Numbered from the stretch's first letter, positions 1-10,327 are shown. The stretch: 64,000 nucleotides of DNA from an uncultured Bacilli bacterium (GCA_934153675.1 CAKPFG010000002.1:107748-171747); one strand, 5' to 3'. Translations and numbers: made by a program. The notes: a model not told the origin generated them from the sequence alone.

Positions 1-511
1 CTTTTGCATCTTTTAATAATTCAGATTGTTTAGCAGCCTTTTTAGTAACAGGAAGTAATATTAATCTTATTATTAACGTTGCAACTATAACTGATAATCC
101 ATAATTTTTTAATAAATTACCTAATTGAATTAAAACCCAAGCTAATGGTTTTACAAAAAGACTAGTCCACAAACCCTCATAACCACCAGATGTTATTTTA
201 AAATCATTACAGGCAACTAATTTATTTACATCTAGTAAATTATCCTTCTGTTTATTATATTCTGATTTAGAGATATCTTTATCCTTTAATTGCTTGTTTA
301 GTTTTTCAATTTTTTCATCTTTCGTTTTTTCATACAATTTTAATATATCTTTATCATTTGGTTTACACAAAATATTTGATGGTAATACTTGTCCTGTTTC
401 ATTATTTTTTACTATTTTTCCTTCACTATTTTTCAACTGCTTAGTACAACCCGTTACAATTACTACTAATAATACTAACAGTATAATTTTTATCTTTTTA
501 TGTTTTTTCAC
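1..511 (-). CDS. yidC: membrane protein insertase YidC/SpoIIIJ, N-terminal part (gene continues past window start)
   Basis: Minus-strand frame is open from 511 to the window edge. It is absent from the ORF track because it has a GTG start and no in-window stop. GGGAGGA SD lies just upstream. N-terminus VKKHKKIKIILLVLLVVIVTGC is a lipoprotein signal with lipobox. Later ...IIRLILLPVTKKAAKQSELLKDAK resembles the conserved YidC motif. Canonical position after rnpA. Confidence 0.8.
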   Translation of the reverse strand, partial: MKKHKKIKIILLVLLVVIVTGCTKQLKNSEGKIVKNNETGQVLPSNILCKPNDKDILKLYEKTKDEKIEKLNKQLKDKDISKSEYNKQKDNLLDVNKLVACNDFKITSGGYEGLWTSLFVKPLAWVLIQLGNLLKNYGLSVIVATLIIRLILLPVTKKAAKQSELLKDAK

Positions 512-848
512 TAAAATCCTCCCTTATAATACTTAATTTATTTAAAGCAAAATATAAAGCACTTTTCTTTTCTTGAAAAGTTTTTTTTAAAATTTCCTTC
601 CTTAATATTATAATACAATTAAAAGAATTTTCATAGTATTTAGAATCAATTATGTCTTTTATTTGTCTTTTTAATTTATTTCGAACAACTGCGTTTCCCA
701 ATTTTTTACTAACGGATATACCAAATTTATAATTATCATTTGTATTTTTTTCCAGATAAATAATAAAATAATTAAATTTGTAAGGTTTAGAATTTTTAAT
801 AATTCTAGTATATTCTAAATTATGCTTAATTATATTCTTTTTTTTCAA
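498..848 (-). CDS. rnpA: ribonuclease P protein component
   Basis: Track ORF 498..875 contains ...KFGISVSKKLGNAVVRNKLKRQIKD..., typical of RnpA. I prefer TTG at 848 with AAGGAGG 5 nt upstream. Lies between rpmH and yidC. Confidence 0.85.
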   Translation of the reverse strand: MKKKNIIKHNLEYTRIIKNSKPYKFNYFIIYLEKNTNDNYKFGISVSKKLGNAVVRNKLKRQIKDIIDSKYYENSFNCIIILRKEILKKTFQEKKSALYFALNKLSIIREDFSEKT

Positions 849-890
849 ATTTAACCTCCTTAAAACAAAAATCACTACTTAGAGTGATTA

Positions 891-1013
891 TTAACGAGAT
901 AATACTTTACGACCTTTTTTTCTTCTTCTTGTAATTATATTAGTTTTAATACGTGCCATAAAACCCATTTTCTTACTTTTTCTATGATTGTTAGGTTGAT
1001 ATGTTCTTTTCAT
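891..1013 (-). CDS. rpmH: 50S ribosomal protein L34
   Basis: Hand translation of minus strand gives [40 protein letters not shown] (40 aa), a classic L34. It is too short for the ORF track. Confidence 0.95.
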   Translation of the reverse strand: MKRTYQPNNHRKSKKMGFMARIKTNIITRRRKKGRKVLSR

Positions 1014-1109
1014 CGTACACCTCCATTATCTATAATATCTGCTTGCTTTATCAATTATATATATTTTTTTCAATTTTGTCAATTTCTTTTTTTAGATTAA
1101 TAAAAAAAG

Positions 1110-1252
1110 TTATGCACAATGATTTAAATGAAATATTCATTGAATTTAAATATTAAAATATAATTTTCAACATAATTTTAACTTATCCACATTTTAAACA
1201 AATGTTTACAAAAAATGATGTTTAAAACTTATGCACATTTTTTGTGTATAAG
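1110..1252. promoter_or_regulatory. oriC part 1: DnaA-box cluster upstream of dnaA
   Basis: Perfect TTATCCACA at 1183..1191. TTATGCACA at 1110..1118 and 1229..1237. Inverted TGTGTATAA (=TTATACACA) at 1244..1252. All lie in the rpmH-dnaA intergenic region. Confidence 0.85.
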
Positions 1253-1342
1253 TTTATTTTTTTTATTTTTTAAGGTTTTTTTCTTTCTTTTTTACACATT
1301 TTATTGTAAAATATTGATGTTGATTACGAAGAAGGTGAATTT

Positions 1343-2701
1343 ATGAACTTAAATAATATGTGGATAAATTTTTTAGAGAAAATTAAACAAAAAATTAGTA
1401 ATATATCATATGAAACATGGTTTAGTGAAACCAAGTTAATAAATATTAATGATGGTATTGCAAAAGTTCAAGTTCCATATCACATTCATAAAAAAAACCT
1501 TTCAGAAAATTATATTGATATTATAGAAGAAACATTTTTAGAAGTAACTGGTACAAATTTTAAATTTGAATTTTATTTAGAAGAAGAATTAGAAAAAAAT
1601 ATTAAATTAGATATAGAATCTATAGGTATACCAAATAATGACAATTTTGAAACAAATCTTGACACTAGATATTCATTTAATAATTATATAATAGGAAAAA
1701 GTAATAAATTTGCTGCTACTAGTGCTCTTGCTGTTGCTGAACATCCAGGTAAAATGTATAATCCTTTATTCATATATGGACCAAGTGGATTAGGAAAAAC
1801 ACATTTAATGCAAGCTATAGGTAATTTTATCGTAAAAAACAGTGCAAAAAGAGTTCTTTACATTACTTGTGATAATTTTGTGTCAGATTTTGTTGATATA
1901 TGTAGAAAAAATAATAATTCTAATAATTTAGAAGCAACAAAACAATTTAAAAATAAATACAGAGACGTGGACGTTTTGATTATAGATGATATTCACAATT
2001 TAGTAGGGGCCATTTCAGCCCAACAAGAATTTTTCAATACATTTAATGAATTATATAATAATGAAAAACAAATTATAATATCTTCAGATAGATCTCCTGA
2101 TGATATAAAAAGATTGGAAGAAAGATTAAAAACAAGATTCAATTGGGGATTAACAGTGAGTATAGAACCACCAGATTTTGAACTTAGAATGAATATAATT
2201 AACAAAAAAATTGAAAATCATGAGCTTAATAATAATTTTCCTGAAGATGTTAAAGAATATATTGCTAGTAATTGTATTGGAGATATTAGAAAACTAGAAG
2301 GAGCCTTAACAAGAGTGTTTGCTTATGCTACAATAATGAATGGTTCTGACATAAATATTAACTTAGCTGCTGAGGCTTTAAAAGATTATTTTGTAAAAAC
2401 AATAATTGCTAAAAATAATATAGAACAAGTAATGCATATTGTTAGTAGCAATTATAATGTCAGTGTAGATGATTTAAAATCAAAAAGAAGAATTAGTAAA
2501 ATAACTTTGCCTAGACAAATAGCTATGTATATATGTAGAATTTACTTAAATGAAAATTTGGTAAAAATTGGAAATGAATTTGGTGGAAGAAATCACACCA
2601 CTGTTATGCACGGAGTTGACAAAATAAAAAAAGAAGTAGACAAAAGTGCTGATTTAAACAATGAAATTCAAAAAATGGTAAATCAAATAAAAATGTGTTA
2701 A
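1343..2701 (+). CDS. dnaA: chromosomal replication initiator protein DnaA
   Basis: 452-aa ORF with AAA+ Walker A GPSGLGKTHL, box VII region, and C-terminal DNA-binding signature ...FGGRNHTTVMHGVDKI... Confidence 0.97.
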   Translation: MNLNNMWINFLEKIKQKISNISYETWFSETKLININDGIAKVQVPYHIHKKNLSENYIDIIEETFLEVTGTNFKFEFYLEEELEKNIKLDIESIGIPNNDNFETNLDTRYSFNNYIIGKSNKFAATSALAVAEHPGKMYNPLFIYGPSGLGKTHLMQAIGNFIVKNSAKRVLYITCDNFVSDFVDICRKNNNSNNLEATKQFKNKYRDVDVLIIDDIHNLVGAISAQQEFFNTFNELYNNEKQIIISSDRSPDDIKRLEERLKTRFNWGLTVSIEPPDFELRMNIINKKIENHELNNNFPEDVKEYIASNCIGDIRKLEGALTRVFAYATIMNGSDININLAAEALKDYFVKTIIAKNNIEQVMHIVSSNYNVSVDDLKSKRRISKITLPRQIAMYICRIYLNENLVKIGNEFGGRNHTTVMHGVDKIKKEVDKSADLNNEIQKMVNQIKMC

Positions 2702-2709
2702 AGTTTTAA

Positions 2710-2810
2710 TTATCAACAAGTTATCAACATCAATTTTCCCTTTGTAATAAAAGAAAAAAGTGATGTTATGCACATTATTGACATTAATAATAATAATAAT
2801 TATAATATAA
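2710..2810. promoter_or_regulatory. oriC part 2: DnaA boxes plus AT-rich unwinding region between dnaA and dnaN
   Basis: TTATCAACA at 2710..2718 and 2721..2729. TTATGCACA at 2766..2774. This is followed by (TAA)x5 at 2785..2799 and a pure A/T run. The bipartite arrangement resembles Bacillus oriC. Confidence 0.7.
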
Positions 2811-2830
2811 AAAGAAAGAAGGTTTTGGTT

Positions 2831-3952
2831 ATGAAAATAAAAATTAAACAAAATAAATTACTTGAAAATTTAAATTATGCAATTAGAGGAGTGTCTAACA
2901 AAAACTTGATTCCTATTTTAAGTTGTATTAAATTTGAGTTAAAAGAAGAAGGTTTGTATTTATTAAGTACAAATAATGAATTTGCAATAAAAACATTCAT
3001 TCCTAAAAAGGATATAGTTGAAATTATTGAATTAGGAGAAATAGTTATTTCAGGAAGATATATATATGATATTGTAAAAAAATTAAATAATGAAATTATT
3101 ACAATAGAAGAAATTATTGATTCACAAGTATTAATAACTACTAATAATTCTTCATTTAAGTTAAATTGTAATAAAGCGAATGAATTTCCTAATATTGATT
3201 TAGAATTTACTAAAAATCCGATTTTATTAGAAAAATCAATATTTAAAACAATGATTAATCAAATTATATTTTCAACTTCTTCGCAAGAATCTAGGCCTAT
3301 ATTAACTGGTATTAATTTTAAGGTTCATAAAAATATTTTAGAATGTACTGCTACAGATTCATATAGACTATCTAAAAAAACAATAGAACTTAAAGAAAAT
3401 ATTGAAAATGATATTAACATAGTAATTCCTAGTAAAAATTTAATTGAAACGTCAAAAATGTTAATTGATGATAATGATAAATTACAAATGCACATTTTTG
3501 CTAATAAAATTATTTTTAAATGTAATGATATTATTATTTTGTCTCGATTAATTAATGGTAATTATCCTGCTACTGATAAATTGATACCTGAAGATTTTTC
3601 TTTAACAGTCAAAGTTAAATTATCTGATTTTTATAATGCTATAGATAGAGCTTCATTATTAACTAATGAGGAAGAAAAAAATATTATAAATTTATTTATA
3701 GATAGTAATAAGGCCAAAATTACTTCTAATATTCCTGAAATAGGCAATGTAGAGGAAAATATCAATATAATAAATAATGAAAATAAAAATTTAAATATTT
3801 CATTTAGTTCTAAATTTATGATGGAAGCTATTAAAGTATTTAATTCTGAAGAAATAGAATTATGTTTTAATGGAGAAATTAAACCAATTATTATAAAGAA
3901 TATTAATAATAGTAAATTAATTCAACTAATTTTACCAATAAGAACATTTTAA
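2831..3952 (+). CDS. dnaN: DNA polymerase III beta sliding clamp
   Basis: MKIKIKQNKLLENLNYAIRGVS..., three-domain length (~373 aa), position after dnaA. ATG at 2831 is preferred because the track start (2768) would read through DnaA boxes and the AT-rich unwinding region. Confidence 0.93.
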   Translation: MKIKIKQNKLLENLNYAIRGVSNKNLIPILSCIKFELKEEGLYLLSTNNEFAIKTFIPKKDIVEIIELGEIVISGRYIYDIVKKLNNEIITIEEIIDSQVLITTNNSSFKLNCNKANEFPNIDLEFTKNPILLEKSIFKTMINQIIFSTSSQESRPILTGINFKVHKNILECTATDSYRLSKKTIELKENIENDINIVIPSKNLIETSKMLIDDNDKLQMHIFANKIIFKCNDIIILSRLINGNYPATDKLIPEDFSLTVKVKLSDFYNAIDRASLLTNEEEKNIINLFIDSNKAKITSNIPEIGNVEENINIINNENKNLNISFSSKFMMEAIKVFNSEEIELCFNGEIKPIIIKNINNSKLIQLILPIRTF

Positions 3953-3976
3953 AAAGCAATTTTTGCTTTTTTTTTG
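3952..3976 (+). terminator. intrinsic terminator after dnaN
   Basis: AAAAGCAA / TTGCTTTT 8-bp stem (3952..3959 and 3963..3970), 3-nt loop, then a T-run. Confidence 0.55.
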
Positions 3977-3990
3977 CATTTTTTTAGTAT

Positions 3991-4019
3991 ATACGACATA
4001 TTTTGGCAAAATACGACAT
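3991..4019 (+). promoter_or_regulatory. direct repeat pair ATACGACAT-N11-ATACGACAT upstream of the comK-like gene (possible operator)
   Basis: Identical 9-mers at 3991..3999 and 4011..4019, 20 bp centre to centre (about two helical turns). They lie just upstream of a TGATATAAG extended -10-like element at 4027..4035. Confidence 0.35.
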
Positions 4020-4061
4020 TTACAAGTGATATAAGAAATACCTAAGAAAGGGGGGATTATA

Positions 4062-4514
4062 ATGAAAAATTATGAAATAAATGAATCTACACAATTTATT
4101 AAACCTATTGATACAAAATGTTGTTTAATTTATGAGGAAGAAGAAAAATATGAAATTAGTAATTCTAGTAATAATATTATTAAATATAATTGTTCTTTTT
4201 ATGGAAGTTCATATATAGGTCGATGCGAAGGAACTAAATGTTTAACTGGAATAAAATCTAAATTTCCAATTATAATTGAGGAATCAAGAAAAATAATATT
4301 TTTTCCAACATCTTCAATTAGAACTAAGGATGCCATTTGGATATCTTTAAATCAAATTAAAGATATCAAAAAAGATAATAATAAAAGTATAATAATATTT
4401 AAAAATGGTGTTAATATAAAACTGCCAATATCATATTATTCTTTAAAAAATCAATATTGCAGAGCCATAATGTTAAAAGCTAAATTGTATGAAAGAATTG
4501 GAAAAGAAATGTAA
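4062..4514 (+). CDS. ComK-family transcription factor
   Basis: NCSFYGSSYIGRCEGTKCLTGIKSKFPIIIEESRKIIFFPTSSIRTKDAIWISL...NGVNIKLPISYYSLKNQYCRAIMLKAKLYERI aligns by eye with B. subtilis ComK (SCRFFGSSYAGRKAGT...KPPIMVDPSNQIFLFPTLS...WIS...NGKTMELPISYNSFENQVYRTAWLRTKFQDRI). GGGGGA SD. Confidence 0.8.
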   Translation: MKNYEINESTQFIKPIDTKCCLIYEEEEKYEISNSSNNIIKYNCSFYGSSYIGRCEGTKCLTGIKSKFPIIIEESRKIIFFPTSSIRTKDAIWISLNQIKDIKKDNNKSIIIFKNGVNIKLPISYYSLKNQYCRAIMLKAKLYERIGKEM

Positions 4515-4625
4515 TATTTCTTTTTTTAATGCTTAAATTGTGGTATAATATGTGTGTCTGTATAGGGATACTTATAATAGATAATTTCCATTTATTCTAC
4601 AGCTTAACATCAAAGAGGTTAAATT

Positions 4626-5735
4626 ATGTATTTAAAACGTGTTCAAATTCAAAATTATCGGAATTATTCTAATTTAAAAGTTTCTTTTAATAAAGGTATA
4701 AATATTATCTATGGTAACAATGCACAAGGAAAGACAAATTTATTAGAAGCAATATATGTATTAGCTTTAACTAATACATTTAAAAGTACTATGGAAAGTG
4801 ATCTTGTTAAATATAATAAAAATTATTTTAAATTATCTGGTGTTATAAAAAAAGAAAAATTAGATACATTATTAGAAGTTATGTATTGTAATAATAGAAA
4901 AATTTTATCAATAGATAAAACGGTAATGAATAAAGTGAGTGAGTATATTTCTGCTTTAAATGTAATTTTATTTACCCCTGATGATTTGGATATAATAAAA
5001 GGTCCTCCTTTAAATAGGCGAAATTTTTTAAACATTGAATTATCTCAATTATATAGAAATTACTATATATTATTAAATGAATATAATAAGGTTTTAAAAA
5101 CTAGAAATGAATTTTTAAAATTACAAAAGCCCAATAAAAAGTATTTAGATATATTAACTGAATTTTTGATTGAAAAAAATATAGCTATTTATAAAATTAG
5201 AAAAAAATTCATTAATAAAATTAATTTATATTGTGAGAAAATATTTTATGATATTTCTGGATTAAAGCATTTTAAAATATTATATAAACCCAATTTTGAT
5301 TATTTTCTTTATGAATATAATAAAAATAAATGTCTTGAAATATTTAGTCATAAATATAAAACAGAATATAAATCTTTGACAACTTTTTATGGTGTACATA
5401 AAGATGATTTTGAATTTTATTTAGGGGATATTAATTTAAAAAATTTCGGTTCGCAAGGCCAACAAAGATTAGCCATTTTAGCTCTTAAACTTTCTGAAAT
5501 AGAGATTTTTAAAAATTGGCAAAATACCTTTCCAATTTTATTACTTGATGATGTCTTTAGTGAAATAGATAAAGATAAAAGCAACAAACTTATGAATTAT
5601 TTAAACAGTAAATTACAAGTTATTATAACAACGGTTTCTCTTGAAAATGTTGATAATAAAATTTTATCTTGTGCTAAGATATTCAATATAGAAAATGGAA
5701 AATTAAAAATACAGAGAGGTGATTTTAATGAATGA
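4626..5735 (+). CDS. recF: DNA replication and repair protein RecF
   Basis: N-terminal Walker [19 protein letters not shown]-like signature [16 protein letters not shown]. Walker [13 protein letters not shown]. Confidence 0.95.
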   Translation: MYLKRVQIQNYRNYSNLKVSFNKGINIIYGNNAQGKTNLLEAIYVLALTNTFKSTMESDLVKYNKNYFKLSGVIKKEKLDTLLEVMYCNNRKILSIDKTVMNKVSEYISALNVILFTPDDLDIIKGPPLNRRNFLNIELSQLYRNYYILLNEYNKVLKTRNEFLKLQKPNKKYLDILTEFLIEKNIAIYKIRKKFINKINLYCEKIFYDISGLKHFKILYKPNFDYFLYEYNKNKCLEIFSHKYKTEYKSLTTFYGVHKDDFEFYLGDINLKNFGSQGQQRLAILALKLSEIEIFKNWQNTFPILLLDDVFSEIDKDKSNKLMNYLNSKLQVIITTVSLENVDNKILSCAKIFNIENGKLKIQRGDFNE

Positions 5736-7653
5736 AAATAAACATTATGATGCTTCAGACATTCAGGTACTAGAAGGACTTGAAGCAGTAAGAAAACGTC
5801 CAGGTATGTATATAGGAACTACAGATGTTAAAGGATTACATCATTTAGTTTGGGAAATAGTTGATAATTCAATAGATGAAGCTTTAGCAGGATATTGTAA
5901 GAATATTGAAATAATTATAAATAAAGATAATTCTATTACAGTAAAAGATGATGGTAGAGGAATTCCTATTGGTATTCATGCAAAAACAGGTATTTCTACT
6001 GTAGAAACTGTTTACACAGTGTTGCATGCTGGTGGTAAATTTGGAGGTGGTGGCTATAAAGTCTCAGGTGGTTTACACGGCGTAGGTGCTTCTGTTGTAA
6101 ATGCCTTATCTAGTTGGGTAATTGTAAGGGTATACAAAGATGGAAAAATTAACGAATGTAAATTTGAACGTGGAGGAAAAACAGCACAAAAATTAATAGT
6201 TGTAGGTGATTGTGATAAAAATAGGACTGGAACTACAGTTACTTTTAAACCAGATCCAACAATTTTTGATACAGATATATTTGATTATAATACTTTAATG
6301 GTAAGAGTAAGAGAATTAGCCTTTTTAAATAAAGGACTTTCTTTAACTTTAAGAGATGATAGGGATGATGAGGATACTACGGGAAAAACCTTTATGTATG
6401 AGGGTGGAATTAGTGAATATGTAAGATTTATTAATCAGGAAAAAACCGTATTGCATAATGATATTATTCATTTAGAGGGGGAGGAATCAGGAGTTTTCTT
6501 TGAAGTTGCTATGCAATATAATAACTCTTATAAAGAAAATATATATTCATTTGTTAACAATATTAATACTCATGATGGTGGAACACATGAGGAAGGTGTC
6601 AAACGTGCACTTACGAGAGTTATTAATTCATATGCAAGAAAGAATAATATATTAAAAGAAAAAGATGAAGCGTTAACTGGTGATGACGTAAAAGAAGGTT
6701 TGACAATGATTATCTCTTGCAAACATCCTAATCCACAATTTGAAGGTCAGACAAAGGGACGACTTGGTAATTCAGAGGTTAGAAAATTAGCTGATAATGT
6801 ATTTTCTAAAGGATTTGAAAGATTTTTGATGGAAAATCCTGAAGAAGCAAAATTAATTATTAATAAAGCCTTATTGGCGTGTAGAGTTAGAAATGCAGCT
6901 AAAAAAGCAAGAGAAATAACAAGAAAAAGTGATCTTACTACTACTAATTTTTATGGGAAGTTGTCGGATTGTAAAAGCAAAGATCCTAAAATTTCGGAAA
7001 TTTTTATAGTCGAAGGAGATTCAGCAGGAGGATCTGCTAAAAAGGGTAGAGATTCAATGACTCAGGCGATACTTCCTTTACGTGGAAAAATATTAAATGT
7101 AGAAAAGGCACGATTAGATAAGGCTCTTAGTAATGAGGAAATCAGAACGATTATTACTGCATTTGGGACAGGTATAGGTGAAGAATTCAATATAGATAAA
7201 TTAAGATATGATAAAATAATAATAATGACCGATGCCGATGTTGACGGATCACATATTAGAGTTTTGCTGTTAACTTTATTTTATAGATTTTTTAAACCTA
7301 TAGTAGAGGCAGGGCATGTATATGCTGCTCAACCACCATTGTTTAGAATAACACATGGAAAAACAAGAAAATATGTACTTACAGAAGAAGAAAAAGAAGA
7401 TTATTTGAATTCATTATCTGAAAGTGTAAGAAATCGTGCTGAAATAGCTCGTATGAAAGGTTTGGGGGAAATGGATGCTGAAGAACTTAACGAAACAACA
7501 ATGGATATAGAGCATAGAATTTTAAGAAAAATAACAGTAGATGATTTAGTTGCTGCAGATAATATCTTTAATAAATTAATGGGTGATGAAGTAGATCCGC
7601 GTAGAAAATTTATTGAAGAGAATGCTACATACGTAAAAAATTTGGATATATAG
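5728..7653 (+). CDS. gyrB: DNA gyrase subunit B
   Basis: [30 protein letters not shown]..., GHKL ATPase, Toprim [25 protein letters not shown] 5728 chosen (GAGGTGA SD). Confidence 0.97.
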   Translation: MNENKHYDASDIQVLEGLEAVRKRPGMYIGTTDVKGLHHLVWEIVDNSIDEALAGYCKNIEIIINKDNSITVKDDGRGIPIGIHAKTGISTVETVYTVLHAGGKFGGGGYKVSGGLHGVGASVVNALSSWVIVRVYKDGKINECKFERGGKTAQKLIVVGDCDKNRTGTTVTFKPDPTIFDTDIFDYNTLMVRVRELAFLNKGLSLTLRDDRDDEDTTGKTFMYEGGISEYVRFINQEKTVLHNDIIHLEGEESGVFFEVAMQYNNSYKENIYSFVNNINTHDGGTHEEGVKRALTRVINSYARKNNILKEKDEALTGDDVKEGLTMIISCKHPNPQFEGQTKGRLGNSEVRKLADNVFSKGFERFLMENPEEAKLIINKALLACRVRNAAKKAREITRKSDLTTTNFYGKLSDCKSKDPKISEIFIVEGDSAGGSAKKGRDSMTQAILPLRGKILNVEKARLDKALSNEEIRTIITAFGTGIGEEFNIDKLRYDKIIIMTDADVDGSHIRVLLLTLFYRFFKPIVEAGHVYAAQPPLFRITHGKTRKYVLTEEEKEDYLNSLSESVRNRAEIARMKGLGEMDAEELNETTMDIEHRILRKITVDDLVAADNIFNKLMGDEVDPRRKFIEENATYVKNLDI

Positions 7654-7663
7654 GAGGCTTTTT

Positions 7664-10150
7664 ATGGATAATAATACAATAAATAATAATGAAGAAAATT
7701 TCTCTGGAAAATTTCATGAAAGGGATAGTCTATCCATTAATGATATTGTATCAGAAGTAAAAGATTCATTTTTGGATTATTCTATGAGTGTTATTACATC
7801 ACGAGCAATTCCTGATTTAAGGGATGGTTTAAAACCTGTTCATAGAAGAATATTATGGTCAATGTTTGAAGAGGGAAATATGCCTGATAAGCCTCATAAA
7901 AAATCAGCAACAACCGTTGGTTATGTTATGGGACATTATCATCCACATGGAGATACTTCAATTTATGATGCGATGGTTAGATTAGCTCAAGATTTTAATC
8001 AAAGATATATGTTAGTAGATGGACATGGTAATTTTGGTAATATCGAAGGCGATGGTGCTGCTGCTTATCGTTATACAGAAGCAAGACTTTCAAAAATCTC
8101 ACTTGAATTATTAAGAGATATTAGAAAAAATACGGTAAATATGTCATTAAACTTTGATGAAACAACCAAAGAGCCAGATGTTTTACCAAGCAGGTTTCCA
8201 AATGTTCTCGTAAACGGTTCTATGGGAATTGCAGTTGGTATGGCAACCAATATACCACCCCATAATTTGGGTGAGGTTATAGATGGATGTATCGCTTATA
8301 TAGATAATTCTGAAATAGAATTACCTGAGTTAATGCAATATATCAAAGGTCCAGATTTTCCAACGGGTGGAATAATTTTGGGAAATAGTGGAATTGTAAA
8401 GGCGTATTCAACAGGAAAAGGTACAATTACTATTAGAAGTAGAGCTGAAATACAAGAAGCAGGTAATCATCATTTAATTATTGTTACTGAGGTTCCATAC
8501 GGAGTAAATACTTTGGATTTAAAAAATAAAGTAGCCGAATTAGTTCATAATAAAATAATAGATGGTATTGCTGATTATCATACTGATTTAAAGAATGGGG
8601 TAAAAATTACAATTACTTTAAAAAAAGATGCTAATCCACAAGTAGTATTAAATAATTTATATAAACATACCAATTTTCAAATTAGCTATGGTATAAATTT
8701 GTTAATGCTTGACAATGGCACACCAAGAACATTAGGGTTAAAATCAATTATTACTAAATATATAGATTATCAAAAAGAAGTAGTAATTAGAAGATTACGT
8801 TTTGATTTGGGTAAAGCAGAAGAAAGAGTTCATTTATTAGAAGGTTATAAAATAGCTTTAAATCACATTGATGATGTAATTAAAATAATTAAAGAATCTG
8901 AATCTGATGTAATTGCAAAACAAAAATTAATAGAAAAGTTTGCCTTTTCTGAAATTCAGGCTAATTCTATACTTGAACTAAAATTAAGAAGATTAACTGG
9001 ACTTGAAAGGGAAAAAATAGAAAACGAATTATCTTCATTATTAAAATTAATAAACGAAATTAAAGATACATTATCAAGTAATCATAAAATATTAGAAGTA
9101 ATAAAGAAAGAAATGCTAGAAATAAAGGAAAAATATAGTGATGAAAGACGTACATCTATTGATATGACAGCAGTTGATTATATAGAAGACGAATCTTTAA
9201 TTCCTGTAGAAGATATCGTTGTTACATTAACAAATAACGGATATATAAAGAGAATAAATAGTGAAAATTACCGTTTGCAAAATAGAGGTGGAGTGGGTAT
9301 TAAAGGCATGTCTACTAATGAAGAAGATTTTGTTGAAAAAATAATTTCTATGACAACTCACGATTATTTAATGATTTTTACAAATAAAGGTAAAGTATAT
9401 AGATTAAAGGGTTATGAAATTCCTCTTTATAGTAGACAATCAAAAGGAATACCTATTATTAATTTGCTTACAATAGATAAAGATGAAAAAGTAACTACAA
9501 TGTTGAAAATTACACCTAATAATTCTAATGGATATTTGATATTTGCAACAAAATTTGGCTTAATAAAAAGAACAAATGTTCGTGAATTTAATAATATTAG
9601 ATCAAGTGGTAAAATTGCTATTACTTTAAAGGATAATGATGAATTAGTTGAAGTAAAAGAAACAAATGGTTCAAATGAAATATTGATGGCAGCTTCTAAT
9701 GGTAGAATGATACGATTTGTTGAAAATGAAATTAGGATAATGGGTCGTACAGCATCGGGTGTCAAAGGTATCGATATAGAAAATGGTTATGTAGTTGGTT
9801 GTGAAATTTCAGAACAAAATAAAGAAATATTAGTTGTTACTGAAAATGGTTTTGGTAAAAAAACTAGCATAGATGAATATCGTATGACACATAGGGGAAG
9901 TAAAGGTGTGAAAGCTTTAAATGTTACAGAAAAAAATGGTAATATAGTTGCCTTTAAAAGTGTCAAAGGAAATGAAGATTTAATGATAGTAACAAATAAT
10001 GGAATTATTATTCGAGTACCTTTAAATCAAGTTTCTACTACTGGTAGAGTGGCACAAGGTGTTAAATTAATTAATCTAAAGCAAGGTCAAAAAGTCAGTA
10101 CTATAACATTAGTTGAATCTGAAAAAAATGATTTGGGTAACAATGAATGA
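7664..10150 (+). CDS. gyrA: DNA gyrase subunit A
   Basis: SRAIPDLRDGLKPVHRRIL, active-site region AAAYRYTEARL, C-terminal beta-pinwheel repeats. Confidence 0.97.
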   Translation: MDNNTINNNEENFSGKFHERDSLSINDIVSEVKDSFLDYSMSVITSRAIPDLRDGLKPVHRRILWSMFEEGNMPDKPHKKSATTVGYVMGHYHPHGDTSIYDAMVRLAQDFNQRYMLVDGHGNFGNIEGDGAAAYRYTEARLSKISLELLRDIRKNTVNMSLNFDETTKEPDVLPSRFPNVLVNGSMGIAVGMATNIPPHNLGEVIDGCIAYIDNSEIELPELMQYIKGPDFPTGGIILGNSGIVKAYSTGKGTITIRSRAEIQEAGNHHLIIVTEVPYGVNTLDLKNKVAELVHNKIIDGIADYHTDLKNGVKITITLKKDANPQVVLNNLYKHTNFQISYGINLLMLDNGTPRTLGLKSIITKYIDYQKEVVIRRLRFDLGKAEERVHLLEGYKIALNHIDDVIKIIKESESDVIAKQKLIEKFAFSEIQANSILELKLRRLTGLEREKIENELSSLLKLINEIKDTLSSNHKILEVIKKEMLEIKEKYSDERRTSIDMTAVDYIEDESLIPVEDIVVTLTNNGYIKRINSENYRLQNRGGVGIKGMSTNEEDFVEKIISMTTHDYLMIFTNKGKVYRLKGYEIPLYSRQSKGIPIINLLTIDKDEKVTTMLKITPNNSNGYLIFATKFGLIKRTNVREFNNIRSSGKIAITLKDNDELVEVKETNGSNEILMAASNGRMIRFVENEIRIMGRTASGVKGIDIENGYVVGCEISEQNKEILVVTENGFGKKTSIDEYRMTHRGSKGVKALNVTEKNGNIVAFKSVKGNEDLMIVTNNGIIIRVPLNQVSTTGRVAQGVKLINLKQGQKVSTITLVESEKNDLGNNE

Positions 10151-10166
10151 TGTTTCACGTGAAACA
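10151..10166. promoter_or_regulatory. parS site 1 (ParB/Spo0J binding palindrome)
   Basis: TGTTTCACGTGAAACA, a perfect match to the Firmicute parS consensus TGTTNCACGTGAAACA. It is embedded in a 34-bp perfect palindrome (10142..10175) that starts inside the gyrA stop codon and is followed by TTTTATTT, so it may double as the gyrA terminator. Confidence 0.85.
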
Positions 10167-10204
10167 TCATTCATTTTATTTATAAATAATTATATTTATA
10201 ATAG

Positions 10205-10234
10205 TTGACATCATCCTTTAAAATGATGTATATT
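10205..10234 (+). promoter_or_regulatory. sigma-A type promoter of the SRP RNA
   Basis: TTGACA (10205..10210), 18 nt spacer, TATATT (10229..10234). Confidence 0.6.
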
Positions 10235-10237
10235 GTA

Positions 10238-10312
10238 TGTGCACAACATTTATATTTGAATCAGGTCAGAGAAGGAATTCAGCAGCCTTAAGAATCTCTA
10301 AATGTGTGTGCT
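10238..10312 (+). ncRNA. ffs: signal recognition particle RNA, short 4.5S-like form
   Basis: Core CAGGTCAGAGAAGGAATTCAGCAGCC resembles the conserved SRP domain IV motif (E. coli GGUCAGGUCCGGAAGGAAGCAGCC). The flanks GCACAACATTTA / TAAATGTGTGTGC pair as a closing helix. A T8 run follows. It has its own promoter and no ORF. The neighbourhood (tadA/dnaX) matches B. subtilis scr. Ends are approximate. Confidence 0.7.
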
Positions 10313-10327
10313 TTTTTTTGTAATAAA

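Noticed and set aside
2768-2830. Upstream start for dnaN (MHIIDINNNNNYNIKRKKVLV...).
   Set aside because: It would translate a DnaA box and the (TAA)n AT-rich unwinding region. ATG 2831 gives the canonical MKIKI... clamp N-terminus.
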